This document shows, in pieces, positions 39,201-52,551 of a DNA stretch of 64,000 nucleotides. Source of the DNA: Deltaproteobacteria bacterium (GTDB lineage Bacteria; Desulfobacterota; Desulfarculia; Adiutricales; Adiutricaceae); assembly GCA_031264185.1 (NCBI GenBank), contig JAISEL010000035.1, positions 1 to 64,000 on the forward strand, written 5' to 3'. The notes under the pieces are model-generated. The model ran no database searches. It was given only the letters and a program-made list of their open reading frames with translations, and was not told the origin of the DNA. Numbering within the stretch: position 1 is the first letter of the stretch; every line of letters starts with the position of its first letter. Made by a program: the position numbers and the translations under genes.

Positions 39201-42200
39201 CATCTGATGAGCGATGCCTGGAGCGAGGGGCTGTTTTTTGCATCCCTGTTCGGCAGCGGCCGGGCGCCTTCTGCCGGTTTCGCCGGTTATCTTAAAGCCG
39301 TTTCTCTGAACGACCAGGAGCCGGACCGGATATTCTGGCGTGATTTTTTGAAGGATTTAAATGAAATAACCGAGCTGCCGGGGTACAGACGGCCCCTGAC
39401 GCCCGGCCTGACCGGCCGCGCCGTTAACCCGGGGGAAAGCGATAATTTAGCGCCGGCCCAAGTTTCAGGCCGGTCAGGGGAAAATTTAAAAACTCTGTCT
39501 TTTCCGCTTAATTTGCAGCAAAGCAATGACATCAGGAAGGCAGGCCGCTGGCTGCAGGCTGCGCCGGCCCTGTTTCTGGAGGCAGCCTGGGCCGTAATAG
39601 CGGCCAGGGCCGCCAGAGTCAGTCAGGTTTCCTATGCGGTGATCGATAACGGCCGCTCTCTGCCTCTCCAAGGCATAGCCGGTGTGATAGGCCCTTTGCT
39701 GACCGTCCTGCCCAGGCGGCTTTTCTACAGTCCGGAGTCCACTTTGGCCGATATGGTCAGGCAGATTTCCGCTCAAATGTCCGAAGTTCTGCCTCACGCA
39801 AACTTAACTTTGGCGGACATTCAAAAATGTTCCTCCCTTGGCCCGGGTTTTCTGACTCAGGTTTTTAACTACAGGCCGGCTGTAAGGACGCCTGAAGGAA
39901 TTCAAATTAAAAAAATTGACGATAAAAGCCGGGCTGAAGGCTTCCCTTTGGCTGTTAACTGGGAAAAATCAGATAATCTCTTCACTTTAGACTTTATCTA
40001 TGACAAAGCCGTCTTTGACTCTTATACGGTCAAATCCTTAGCTGAAGCCTATCTGCATTTTCTGAACACTATTTTTCAGGACATTCCCCGGCTGGCCGCC
40101 AAAGAGCAGCTCCGGCGCTTTAGTCTGTGTTCAGATGAGGAAGTCAGAAAACTGGTCACAGTCCGTAACGCTCCCGCCGTGAATTATCCGATCAGGACTG
40201 TGGTGGACGACTTTAACTCTTTGGCCGGCCGTTTTGAGGAAAGTCCGGCCGTCATTACCAGGGAGAAGAGGAAAACCTGCCGGGAGCTTGATGAAGAAAG
40301 CTTTTATCTGGCTGTCAGGCTTTATGAGATCTTTCAGAAGAGCCGTTTGAAGAGCAGAATGTCTTTCCGGGCGGCTCTTCTGCTCCCAAGGGACGTTAAC
40401 TATCCCGCCGCCGTCTGGGGAGTTCTGCGTTCGGGGGCGAGCTTTGTTCCTCTGGAATTGGGCGCCCCTTTGGAAAGGCTGTTATTTCAGCTCGATCAAA
40501 CCGGGGCCTCGGCTGCAATCGTTAATAAATCCCAGTTTCCTCTCTGGGCTGAACTGTCCCGTAAAAGGCCGGCCTTACAGATTTTGGATCTGGAATCCAG
40601 CCTGAGCCGGCCGCCGGATTATCCGAATGAACTGCAAGGCCGGAAGCTTCCGCCGGTCAGACCCTCCGATGAGGCCTACATCCTCTTTACTTCCGGCACT
40701 ACCGGTCAGCCCAAGGGAGTTTCTGTCCCCCACCGGGCCATCTATAACCATAACCGCTGGTTTGGAGACCTGATGGACGCCCAGCCCAGCGAAGTCCACA
40801 GCGCTTACGCGGCCTGGACCTTTGATGTTTCGGTTATGGAGATTTTGCTCCCCCTGAGCCGAGGGTCTGCGATCTATATTTTTGATGAATCGGAGCGCTT
40901 TGAGCCGGGGCTGATCAGCCAGGCGGTCAGGAACAACAGCATAAAGCATCTGTGGCTGCCTCCCCAGGTGGGCCAGACTTATATGGCCAACTACTCCCTC
41001 AGGGGCCTGAAAACCCTTAGTTTGGGCGGAGGGGTCTTTCCTTTGCCTTTTAAGGTGTTTGATCAGGGGGACTGCCGGCTGATTAACGGCTACGGGCCAA
41101 CGGAATGCGCGGTGACGGTCACCGCTAATTCAGCCGGACCGGGGTCTTGGCCGACTAATATCGGCGCCCCTGGAGCCAACTGCCCCATTTATGTCCTGGA
41201 TCCTTATGCAATGATGGTCCCTCTGGGCTTTGCCGGGGAATTGGCGGTGGGCGGGGTCCAGGTCGCCAGCGGCTACCTTCCCCCCGATCCCAATGATCCG
41301 CTGGTCTGCCTGGATCCGGGCGCTGATCCGGATTCGTCTGACGGTTCTGAGAATATCAAGGGGACACCGCCGTTTTTACCGGATAAGTTTTTTCATTACC
41401 GGAACGGCCAGTCCGGGCTTTATCCGCTTTACCGGACCGGAGATCTTGTCAGAAGACTGCCGGACGGGGCTTACGAGTTTTTAGGCCGCCTCGACCGGCA
41501 GATTAAAATAAGGGGGCGGCGCTTGGAGGTGTCGGAGATTGAAAAGGTTATCGCCGGCAGCCCTAAGGTGACCGAAAATACGGTAATTAAATGGACGGAA
41601 AATACTAAAGAAAAACTCATAGCCTATGTGGTCTTCCATCCGGCCGGGTCAGACGGCAGCGCAGAGCTGAAAAAAGAACTGGGCCTGAAGCTGCCTTCCT
41701 GGATGATTCCGGATTACGTTATGGCGGTTCCCCGGATCCCGAAAACCGCTTCAGGCAAACCCAACCTGACGGCCCTGCCCAAGCCGGTTTTAGTCTCGGT
41801 CTTTCAGGCTCCGGAAACCGCAGAGGAAAAGATTCTCGTGGCTGTTATCCGGGAGGTTTTAGGGGATGACAGCCCTATCAGTCTGGAAGATGACTTTCTG
41901 GCTTTGGGCGGAGATTCTGTTAAAGCCATTATGGCCGTGGCTTTACTGGAAAAGAGGGGATACAAGCTGCCGGCCAGGGCCTTATACGATGAGGCTACCT
42001 TAAGAGCCCTGGCCGCCTCTTTAAAGCCGGTGCCCGGCAGCGGCCGGGACAAAGCAGCCTTTGAGGCCGGTTCGCCGGGCGGATTCCGCCCGGCCTGTTC
42101 CGGCAGATCAGATGACTCTGACAGGGGGGTCAGCTTTTCTGACTCAGCAGTCTCAGAAGCTGCCGAGGGTTTCCAGGCCTTAGAGTCCTCGGTTTTCAGC

Positions 42201-45200
42201 TCCGGGTTCAGGCCGGAAACTGCCCCCGGACTGATAAATCCAGACGGACATAAAGATCCGCCTGCCGCCGGGGCCCTGGAAAGCGGACTTAAGGCTCAGA
42301 GTTCATTTCTGTCCGGGCGGAATTCTCAAGTCCTGGCGAATCCGTCTGATCAGTCTGATCCGGTCAGCCAGGCCGCGGCGGCTGATTTGCTCAGCCAGGA
42401 GGATCTTTTTTCCATAAGGGTTACGGAAAGCCTTCCTGCCGGCCCGGCTGCGGAACATTCGGCTTATGCCGTAAGCATAGATACTAAAGGACTGGGAGTG
42501 AACTTCCCGGCCCCTGCTTCTTCAGTCTCCGGGCTTAAGCGGCCTGACCGAAGTGACCATCAGGCCTCCCTCCGTTTCCGGCCGAAAACTTCAGAACTGA
42601 ACATCATTCTGTCCCAATATCCGAAAGACCAGGTTGTCGCTGTCCACGCCCTGACGGCTATGCAGGAGGCAATGCTCCTGGCCAGGGACGGCGACGCCTA
42701 CTGGATTAAGAATGCGGCCTCTTTAAACGGACCGCTGTCGGCGGAGAAATTAAGGGACAGCTGGGAGAATTTAGCTGCCAGTTATGAGATCCTCCGCAGC
42801 GCTGTTGTCAGTTTAGGTCTGTCCCGGCCTTACATGGTGGTTTTAAAAGAAAGGAAGCTGCCCTTTGAGTACCAAGATTTAAGCTCTTTGGCCCCAGAGG
42901 CTCAAGACAGCCTGATCAGTCTGGCTCCGGCTTTTCAGCCCGATTTGACTAAAGACCCGCTCATGGCTTTAAAAGTCTATAAGACGGCTCAGGACAGGCA
43001 CTGGCTGGTTCTCTTCTGGCATCACGTCATCCTGGACGGCTGGTCAATGTCCCGTATCTTAGGGAATCTTTTGGGGAAATCCTGCCTGGAGCCTCCGGCC
43101 GGCTCTCCGGAGGATCAGGTCAGTTTAAAATCAGGCGCCGTAACCGGTGCAGCAAATGAAGTGAACGGAACAGGGGTCAATGACGAACCGCCGGTCCGGC
43201 CGTTCCGCGACTATCTGAGCTGGCTGGAGCGGCAGCCGCACTCTTCAGCCCGCGCTTTTTGGTCCCAAGAACTGCAATCTGCGGAAATGGCCGCGACCGT
43301 GCCCAATCCCTTAGGCGGAGACGGGGTCAGAGACCCTGAGCCGGTGACTCTGGCTTTAGGCGCGGAATTGTCAGACCTCTTAAGGGCTTTAGGGAAAAGC
43401 GAGCGTCTGACTTTAAACGTTATCCTTCAGACTGCTTTGGGCATAGTTCTCTGCCGCTGCAACGGCCTGAGCTGCCAGGTCTTCTGCGGCCTGGATTCGG
43501 GCCGGTCCGGTCTGCCTTCGGAGTTGGCCGATGTGGTCGGCCCCTGCGTCAACCAGGTGCCGGTCCGGATTGATTATGATCCCCAAAGCAGTTTTGTCGG
43601 CCTGGCTAAAAAGGTTTTGGCCTTTAATCTGAAAGCCGTGGAATACGGCTTTTTGCCCTTAGCGGAGATCAGGACTTTAACCGGGCTGGACTTGGGCGGA
43701 CTTCTGTTCGCGCTGGAGAACCAGCCGGATTATCAGCTTCGGGGCCGCTACGAACTGACCCGGATTTTCAGTCAGAGCAGGGACGATCTGGGACTGGTTT
43801 TCGAGTGGTTTCAGGGCCGGAATTTGACCTTAAAGCTCCATTATGACGGCTTGAAATTTTCCCAAAGGCAGATTGAGGATTTGGCTGAATTTTACAGGGT
43901 CAGTCTCAGTTTTATCAGCCGCAGTCCTCATGACCCTGTGGGCGGGCTGGATATATTAACGCCTGAAGAGAAGGATCGGGTCATTGATCTCTGCTTCGGG
44001 GCCAAGACGGATTTTCCGGATGAATTAAGAGCTCTCGGGCTTAGCAGCCCGAAAAGCTTTATTGAAATCTTTATGAAAAGGGCCCGGCTGGATCCCGGTT
44101 CTCCGGCTCTGATCGAAAACGGCCGGACGGTTTTGACTTACGGGGAGCTGGATAATTTGAGCCTGGCCTTAGCCGGGCGCTTCAGGTCAATGGGAGCGGG
44201 GCCGGGGTCGGTGGTCGGCTTAAATCTCCCCAGAGGCCTGAATTACGCTGCGGCTGTCTTAGGAGTCTTAAGGGCCGGGGCCGCCTTTCTGCCCTTAGAT
44301 GTCTCCTGGCCTGAAGAGAGACTGGCCTTTGCGGTCAAAGACAGCCGGGCTAAGGTTATAGTTTCCCAGTTCTCCTCAGCCCCTCTTTGGGCGGGGGAGC
44401 TGGCGCATTTTACTTTTGAGTTCCGGAAGTTTTCTTCTGAGGCCAGGAAAACAGAGGACGGTTTTCGGGAAATGACCGTTCAGGCCGGGGAGCGGTCAGG
44501 CCGAATTCCGGCTTACGATCCGGAAGAGGCCGCTTACGTTATTTACACTTCCGGCTCCACCGGCCAGCCAAAAGGGGTGGTTGTAAAAAATCAGGGCCTG
44601 GTAAATATGGCCTTATGCTCTTTAGGTTTTTTTGACTTTAAGCTGAAAAAGCGTTTCAGTTTGTACGCGCCTGTTGCCTTTGACGCTTCGGTCTTTGAGA
44701 TCGTATTGGGTTTGGTCTCCGGGTCGGCATTAATCTCCGTTCCCGAAGAGATTCGTCTGGATCCCCCGAAACTTTCGCAGTTTTACGCTGATAACCTTAT
44801 CTATTTCGCTTTCCTGCCGCCTTTGGTCGGAGTGGAGGTCATTAAAGTCATTCAGGAGAAGTCCTCTCTGGAGATTCTGGCTTTGGCAGGGGACAAGCCG
44901 GGCCGGCTCTCTCCGGGCGGGAACGGTCTTAAGATCTATAATCTCTACGGTCCCACGGAGTTTACAGTTTGGTCCTCAGGCTACTTAATTGACCGGCCCC
45001 TGAACTCTCCTCCCATCGGCAGATCGCTGGCCAACTGCCAAAGTCTCATCTTAGATAAGGATTTAAACCTGCAGCCGCCGGGGTTAGTCGGGGAACTGTG
45101 CCTTTCCGGCCCCCAGCTGGCCAAAGGCTATTTGAACCGCCCCCAGTCAGAGGCCGGGGTTTTCCGGCCTAATCCCTATTCCAGAGGCTTAAAGGGTTTC

Positions 45201-48200
45201 GAGCGTCTGTACCGAACCGGAGATTTGGCCCTGTACGATTATCAGGGGCAGATAAATTTTTTAAACCGCCGGGATTTTCAGATAAAGATTCGCGGTCAGC
45301 GCCTGGAACCGGGGGAGGTGGAAAGGCAGATTTTAGCCGATGAGGAAGTAGCGGCAGTTTTGGTGGGCCTAAGTCCCAGGCTTGGGGACAGCGCCGGCTC
45401 TTCAGCTGATGAGACTGACCAGGCTTATCTGGTCGGCTGGGTGGTCCCTAAGATTTATCCGGCGGAGCCGTCTCTGGAGAGTCGAATCAGAACAAGGCTG
45501 ACCGGGGCTCTTCCGGCTTGGATGCGGCCAGGGTTTTACGTCTTCCTGGAGAAATTTCCCCAGGATAGGCACGGAAAAATAAGCGTCAAAGACTTGCCGG
45601 CCCCCGAGTTCCCAAAGACTGGAACCGGTTCCCCGAAAGGCGGTAACGGTGAGCTCCCGGGCTCCTTCCCTCAGGACCCCAATTCAGCAGGGCCGAATTC
45701 TGACGGGCAGCTGAGTCCGGCAGCGGCCCTGATTTCGGAAGTGAGCCGGGTCTTCAGCCGGGTCTTAGGTTTTTGGCCGGAGGAAGACGATCATTTTCTG
45801 GAAATAGGCGGGGACTCGATTAAAGCCATGATGGGCGTCTCCCAGCTGAGGTCTTTGGGCTACGATATCAGCACCAACGAGTTTTTATCAGCCCCGACCC
45901 CTAAAGCGGTGGCCGGGATTCTGTCCGCTAAGCCGCCGAAGTCCTTGAAGCCCTCAGAGTCTCCCGGGTCAGCCTCTTTTCGATCAGCGGATTCCGGCGA
46001 ACCCGGCCGGCCTGGCCTTCATAAGGCCGGCCAGTATGCCCGGGAGCTGGCTTTGGCCAGGGCGCATTTCGGATTAGGGACAGTTGAGGATCTCTTGCCC
46101 CTCGGACCTCTCCAGGCCGGCCTTTGGTTTCATTTGGCTCTGGAACCGGAGGCCCCGGTTTATGTGGAGCAGACTCTGTCCAAACTTAACGGAGTCTTGT
46201 CCGAAGAGCTGATAGCCGCAGCGGTCCGAAACATCGTCCGCAGGCATCAGGCTTTGCGCACCGTCTTTTGGGCCCCTGCCAGTCATTCACCGGAGTCAGG
46301 GCAGCCCTGGCAGGTCATTCTCAAGGATCTGCCTCCCTCTGTAACGGGCCTGAAAAACGCTGATTTACAGGTCAGTGGTTCTTTGGCCAGAGCCGAAAGG
46401 CAGGCCTTAAGCGGCCCCCGGGTTTTGGCGGGAGGCCCGCTATTCCGTTTAGTTATCAATGAGAAGGCCGGCCGGACAGAGATACTGCTGACTTTCCATC
46501 ACCTGATCCTGGACGGCTGGAGTGTGGGTCTGTTCTATGAGGAAATGCTCGGCGCCTTAAGTCATCAGGACTTTAGGCCCAGCTCCGGTCTTCCTTACTC
46601 TGAGTGCCTGAAAGCCTTAATGGCGGAAAGAGAAAAAAGCGGGCCCCATCTTAAATTTTGGGGAGAGCGTTTAAATTATGATCCCCCCGGGCCCTGGCCT
46701 TTAATAAGGGGCGCCGCCCCTGAGCCTGACGGATCCGGGGAGCTTAAAGCTTATAAAGAGATCGGACTGGCGCTTCAGGATTTGGCCCGGGATCTTTTTG
46801 ATTTGGCCAGAAGCCAAAGGGTCAGTCCGGCCACCTTAATCCAGGTCATCTGGGGCCTGCTGTTGCAAAAGTACCGGGGCGGGGCGGGATCCTGGTTCGG
46901 TCTGGTCGTTTCCGGCCGCGAGACGATTCCGGCATCTTTAGGGACTCTGGGCCTTTTTGTCAACACTGTGCCCCGCTACCTGCCCTTAAGCCTGAAAGCG
47001 GCTTTTGCAGAGGTTTTAGCCCAGACCCAGGCGGAGGCCGGAGCCGTCGGGGAGCACGCCTGCCTGACTTTGTCCGAGGCTTTAAAGGCCGCCGGTCATA
47101 ACGGACCGGCGGCCAGTATAATAGATCATCTTTTAGTCATTGAAAATCTGCCGAAAATTCAGGCCGCGGAGAATTTGGAGATAGCTTTTGAGAGCGGGTT
47201 CAATTATCCCGGATACGATCTTAATGCAGTTTTTTTTCTGTCTGAGGAATTGTCAGCCCCTGATTCGCCGGCAGATAACGCGGGGGCTGACTTCTGCCTT
47301 GACGGGCACATTAAATTCAGGGCCGACGTTTTCAGGCCCGATGATATTCAGACCCTGACAGGCCATTTCAGGTACCTCTGCCTGCAGGCTGTCAGCTCCC
47401 GCGGCCGGATGTCTGTCGGAGATTTTAAGCTGAACCGGCCTGAAGAAGAGGACGATATTATCCGTGCCGGATTCGGCGAAGAGCTGGCAGTCCCTTACGG
47501 CCTGATTTTCGGTTCCAGAAAGGCCGGCGGAGACAGTTCGGTCCCCTGGCCGGTACCCGTTTGTTTGGCCGGGCCAAAACCGTCCGCTTCGGAGTCGGCT
47601 GCGGAACCCCTGACGGAAAATTCCTTAGCCATAGTCTGGCCTGGGGGCCGGATGAGTTATTCCGGCCTTTTGGGGAAGGCGGGAAATCTGACGGCTGATT
47701 TTAAAGCCAAAGGTCTTGGTCCCGGGGCTCTGGTGGCCTTAACCCTTCCGCCAGGTCCGGCTTTGGTGATCAGCCTCCTGGCTGTTCTCCATTCGGGGGC
47801 TGCCTATCTGCCCATTGATCTTAAATGGCCTCAAGGGCGGATCGAGACCATCCTCAGATCGGCTCAGCCGGCCCTGGTCATTTCGGCTTCTGACAGCCCG
47901 AATCCGGTTCCGCCGTTCCAGGAAGTCCCGGAAGCTCCGGGAGCCGGGACTCCGGACAGTCTCTCTGACCGCTTTTCTGTAAAAGGCTTGTCGTTAAGTT
48001 CTCTGACTGTAGACTCCCTGGGAACCCCGGTCTCTTTTATCCCCGGGGCCTCATTTAAGGGCGCGGTCTCTTCAGGCTGCCCGGACCTGACTGACGGAAC
48101 AGCCTCCGCAGTCCCTGCTGACACGGCCTACGTCATCTACACCTCAGGCTCCACCGGCGAACCCAAAGGGGTCATGGTGGGCCGGGGGTCTCTGGCCGCT

Positions 48201-51200
48201 TTAGTTGCCGGTCTGGTTAAAGACTACGGCCTGACCTCCCAGGATCGCTCCATGGTGACCTTCAGTCCCGGGTTCGACGCCTTCGCCTGGGGTGTCTATC
48301 TTTTGCTAGCCGTTGGAGGTCAGGTCCATTTTCCGCCCCGGGATATTCTGACTGATGCGTCCCGGCTGCGGGATTATATGGCGGAAAACTCAGTCACGGT
48401 GGCCAATATGCCTACGGTCCTGGCTGAGGCCATCCAACGGTTGGAACCTCCTCAGTCCCTGAGACTTCTGACTTGCGGCGGCGACAGACTCAGTTTTTAT
48501 CAAAAGCGCCCCTACGCTTTTTACAACGAGTACGGTCCCACGGAAGCGACGGTTTTAGTCACCAAGCACCTGGTGACTGAAACCGCCGCCCCCATTCCCA
48601 TCGGGCGGCCCATCCCCGGGGTTCAGACTCTTATCTTAGGGCCGCATGACGAAATAAGACCTTTTAATATGGCCGGTGAGCTGGTCTTAAGCGGTCCCTG
48701 CCTGGCTTTGGGTTATTTGAGGCGGGAGGATTTAACTCAGGCCAGCTTTGCCGAAAACCCCTGCGCTTTAAAGGCCGGGGCGCTCCGGGAGCCCCGGCCC
48801 TCTCCCAATTTCGATCCCAGCTCCTATCAAACAATCTACCGGACCGGGGATCTGGCCAGAATGGGCCCGGACGGCCTGATTGAGTTTATCGGGCGGATAG
48901 ACAGCCAGGCCAGTATCGGCGGGATAAGAGTCGAACCGGCCGAGGTGGAGGCCAGAATTAAGGATAATCCCCAGGTGGATCGGGCTTTGGTTTTAGCCCG
49001 CAAAGATGCCGCCGGAGACAGTTTTTTAGCGGCCTATATTACGGCCGGCGCAGCCCGAGGGGCCAATTCTGAAAGCCTGGGTTCGGGGGAAGCCTTGATT
49101 AAGACGGTCACTGACCATTTAAGCGCCCATCTGCCTACGGCCTTCAGGCCCAAGTTCATCTGCCTGTTAGACCGGTTCCCTTTGACGGCTAACGGGAAAA
49201 TTGATTATTTGGCCCTCCCGGCGGCCGGTAACGCCCCGGTCGGCTCTGCGGACCCGGAAAAGACGGGGCTCCCCGAATCTTATAAGCCCCGGAGTGCGGT
49301 GGAGGCCAGCGTTTTGGAAGCGTACCGGGAAATTTTGGGGGCAGCGGATGCTGACGGCATAGACCCTGAAGCGGATTTTTTCAGCTTAGGCGGCGATTCC
49401 TTAAAGGCCGTGCGTTTAGCGGCCCGTCTGGAGACAGTCCTGAAGGCGGCCCCTAAGGTGTCGGAACTTATAGGCGGGTTCAGCCTAAAAAAACTCTGCG
49501 AGTCTGTTGAAGGCCGGAAGGCCGGCCGGAAGGAGATTCTTTCCCCTTTAAGGTTAGGCGCTGGTCCGGCTCTGATAATCGTGCCCACTGTGGGCGGCAG
49601 TCTCTGGGCTTACCGGGAGTTTTACCGGAGACTGCCTCAGGACCGTTCTCTCTACGCTTTGGACCCCAATTGGGAGTCAGCGGTTTCAGCCGTTGAGGCG
49701 GTTAATGGGGCCGATAAACTGGCCGCTCTGGTCAGACCCTACGCTGAGGCTGTACTGGAACTCCGCGCTGAGGTGGTTCTCTGCGGCCTGTGTCTGGCCG
49801 GACTGACCGCCTGGGAACTGGGCCGCCAGCTTCTCGACCGGGGGGCTCAGGTCAGATCTCTGTTGTTTTTCAATGCCCGAACCCGCCTTTTGACTGAAGG
49901 GGAGCCGGTTAAAGAAGGCGATTCGCCTCCTGAGGCGATGGCCGAAGAACTTCTGTCTTCCATGCGTCTGTATGAAGGCGCCGAAAAATTCCCTGACCGG
50001 CCGGAAAATTTTATAAATATGAGTTTCCCTGAACACCTCAGACGTTACGCGTCGGCTCAGCTGTCGGCCTGGGGATTTTACCGGCCGCAGCCGATGGATG
50101 TAAAGCTGACTTGCCTCAGGCCTTTGGATTCCTTCGGGCCAAAGTACCTGCCCTTTGAAACCGGCCCCCTGGGCTGGGAAGAGCTGGCCCTGCAGGGTTA
50201 CCGGGAGGTCCGCACCCCGGGTCACCACTATGACCTTTTAAGGCTCCCCGCGGTCAATACTGCGGTCACGGTAGCCGGAGAACTGACCGCCGAGAAGACC
50301 TCCAGACCTGCGGTTCCTCTGACTCCAATCCAAAAGTGGTACTTTGAACTGGGACCAAAGGCCTGGCCCATGTTTCAGAGTGTCGGGCTGGTGAGCCAAG
50401 TCGCCAGGCCGCCGTGGGTTTATCTTCTGGTTTTAGAGGACCTTTTAAAGACCCATCCGATGCTCCGGGCGAGTTTTCCGGAAAATGACGGCGGCGCTGA
50501 GGCCAGGATAACCTCAGATTTTACGGCTTTCACTTTTGAGATATCGGCGGATCGGAATTTAGAAGGACTGACGGAAAGATTCGGCCAGATAGCCCGGAAA
50601 TACTTGCAAAATGCAGATCCCTTAGTCATATTTTTATTGGGCCGGACTGACCAGGGGCAGGACTGTTTTCTTTTGGCCGTCCACCATTTGGTGGTTGATA
50701 ATGTTTCCTGGCGGGTTTTGGAAAGCGACTTTAAGCGGTCTCTTTCGGCTTTGGACGGCCAGGGGGTTTTGGATTATGACCGGGCCAAAAACGGCCTGGC
50801 CCGTCTGCCCAAACCGGAAGCGTCCGGCAGCGTCTTCCGGATTTATGCCCAAAAGCTGTCTTCATTGGCCTTGGACAATGATTTTTTGGCGGCTGAGGCC
50901 GCCTACTGGGGCGGAGCTTTAGAGGCCATGGGGCCGCCTCTGCCTTCTTTAGCGGAGACGCTCCGAAAGGCCCCCGAATTCAGAGGCCTCAGAGTCAGTA
51001 AAACTCCGGAAAAAGCAAGTTTGCAGTTTGAATTAAACAGTTCGGACACTGAGCTTTTTCTGACCGCTCTGGGTCCGGAATTTGGGGCTCGGGAAATGCT
51101 TTTAACGTCCCTGCTGCTGTCGGCCGCTGAGGGTTTCGGAGTTAAGGAGCTGACTTTCTGCCTGGAAGGGCACGGGCGGACCCCTGTTTTCCCGGAAGCG

Positions 51201-51701
51201 GATTTGGCCTCGGCTGTTGGCTGGTTTACGGTTTTGTATCCGGTCCGGCTAAGCTTAGGATCAACCCCCTTGGATACTTTGAAGATCGCGGCCGAAAAAC
51301 TTAGGGCTGTCCCTCATAACGGCATCGGTTACGGCGTTTTAAAATATCTGGCCGGGCAGAATAATCCTGGCTGTCCGCCCGGCTGTTCCGGTCCGGGGGC
51401 TGAACTGCCTAAACTCCCTTGGCTTAAGCGTCCGGCTGACGTTCTGTTTAACTATTTAAGTGAAATTAATTCCGGGGCTGAAGAAACCTCTTCAATAAGT
51501 ATTGAGAGGCTGGGCTCCCCCTACGACAGTCCGGTCACTTTTCCGGCCCAGGGATCTTTGTCCGTAAGCGCTTTTATCGACAGGGGCGCTCTGAAATCCA
51601 CCTGGATTTGGTCTGAGGCGATCAACATTGATCTGCTGAGCTGGGCTGCCGGGTTCCAAGCCAGCCTGCTTGGCTTAGGACGTATTTTAAAGGGCGTTTA
51701 G
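33238..51701 (+). CDS. non-ribosomal peptide synthetase, about 6150 aa: ACP - class III aminotransferase (AMT) - C-A-T - C-A-T - C-A-T - C-A-T - TE(Cys) - C
   Basis: Carrier motif GLDSL (about 33340). AMT PLP-fold with YGKLIGGG (34150-35400). C motifs SHLMIDG (35787), HHLMSDAWS (39199), HHVILDGWS (43018), HHLILDGWS (46494), HHLVVDNVSW (50680). Four A domains each with (Y/F)TSG(S/T)TG(Q/E)PKG, FD(A/V)S, N.YGPTE, YRTGD, K.RG. Four PCP GGDS(V/I/L)(K/G)A motifs. TE with GLCLAG at 49785. Start codon uncertain (33180/33238/33247, all in frame). Confidence 0.95.
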
Positions 51702-51705
51702 GCCG

Positions 51706-52509
51706 ATGAGTCGCTTTTTAGTGTTAGCCGGCCGGCTGGCCCCGGAGCTTTTAGACCGGAATCTAGGCGGTTTGACCAGGCTGTTCGGTTATCTGGCCGA
51801 AGAGCAGACTTTGGCAATTCAAAAAAACCGGCGGCCTCAAGATGCGGCCTTAAGGCTGCTGGTCCGGGTGTTATTGGTTAAAGCCTTAGATCTTAACGGT
51901 TTGGACGGCCTTTCAATACTGCCTGATCTTATCTGGAATGACCGTGGTCAGCCGGAACTGAAAGGAAGCCCTCTGAGGTTAAGCTTCAGCCACTCCTGGC
52001 CTTACGGGGCCTGCGCTGTAGCTTTGTTTCCTGTGGGGGTGGATGTGGAAAGAATCCAGCCATTGGCGGTCGGCGGGGCCGGTTCGGTTTTCTCGGATTC
52101 TGAAGTGCGCCGCATTTCGGGATCCGATGATCCTCAGTCGGAAGCCATCCGTCTTTGGACAGTCAAAGAGTCCGGTCTTAAAGCTCTTGGGGCCGGATTT
52201 TTAGAAGATCCTAAAAGGCTGAAAACTGAACCGGTCTTTAATGAGTCAGCCGGACAAAAGGCGCCGCCAGCGGGGCGGTCGGTTTGGGGCAGTCGGACGA
52301 TCTATTTCGGGCATTTGCCGGTGGACCCAGGCTACTGGCTGTCCTGGGGCGCCTGTCCGGATTTTCAGGAGCCGCCGGTAAATTCTCAGGCCGGTCAAAG
52401 TCTTAAAGCCTCTGAACAGGTCCGGGCCTCTGCCCGTTTTTTCGGGCCGGCCTCCCTTATTTATCTGCCCCGGGTCAGTGAGTATATAATGAACAGACTC
52501 ATAGAGTGA
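51706..52509 (+). CDS. Sfp-type 4'-phosphopantetheinyl transferase
   Basis: Motifs GVDVE and WTVKESGLKALG. Starts 4 nt after the NRPS stop. Confidence 0.85.
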   Translation: MSRFLVLAGRLAPELLDRNLGGLTRLFGYLAEEQTLAIQKNRRPQDAALRLLVRVLLVKALDLNGLDGLSILPDLIWNDRGQPELKGSPLRLSFSHSWPYGACAVALFPVGVDVERIQPLAVGGAGSVFSDSEVRRISGSDDPQSEAIRLWTVKESGLKALGAGFLEDPKRLKTEPVFNESAGQKAPPAGRSVWGSRTIYFGHLPVDPGYWLSWGACPDFQEPPVNSQAGQSLKASEQVRASARFFGPASLIYLPRVSEYIMNRLIE

Positions 52510-52551
52510 TTTTTTTAAAATTGCATTTTACGAAATGTAAATATTGCCTTA

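Noticed and set aside
49686-50228. 180-aa minus-strand ORF and many 60-130-aa ORFs on both strands within the NRPS/PKS genes
   Set aside because: Expected spurious ORFs in long GC-rich coding sequence. None has motifs.
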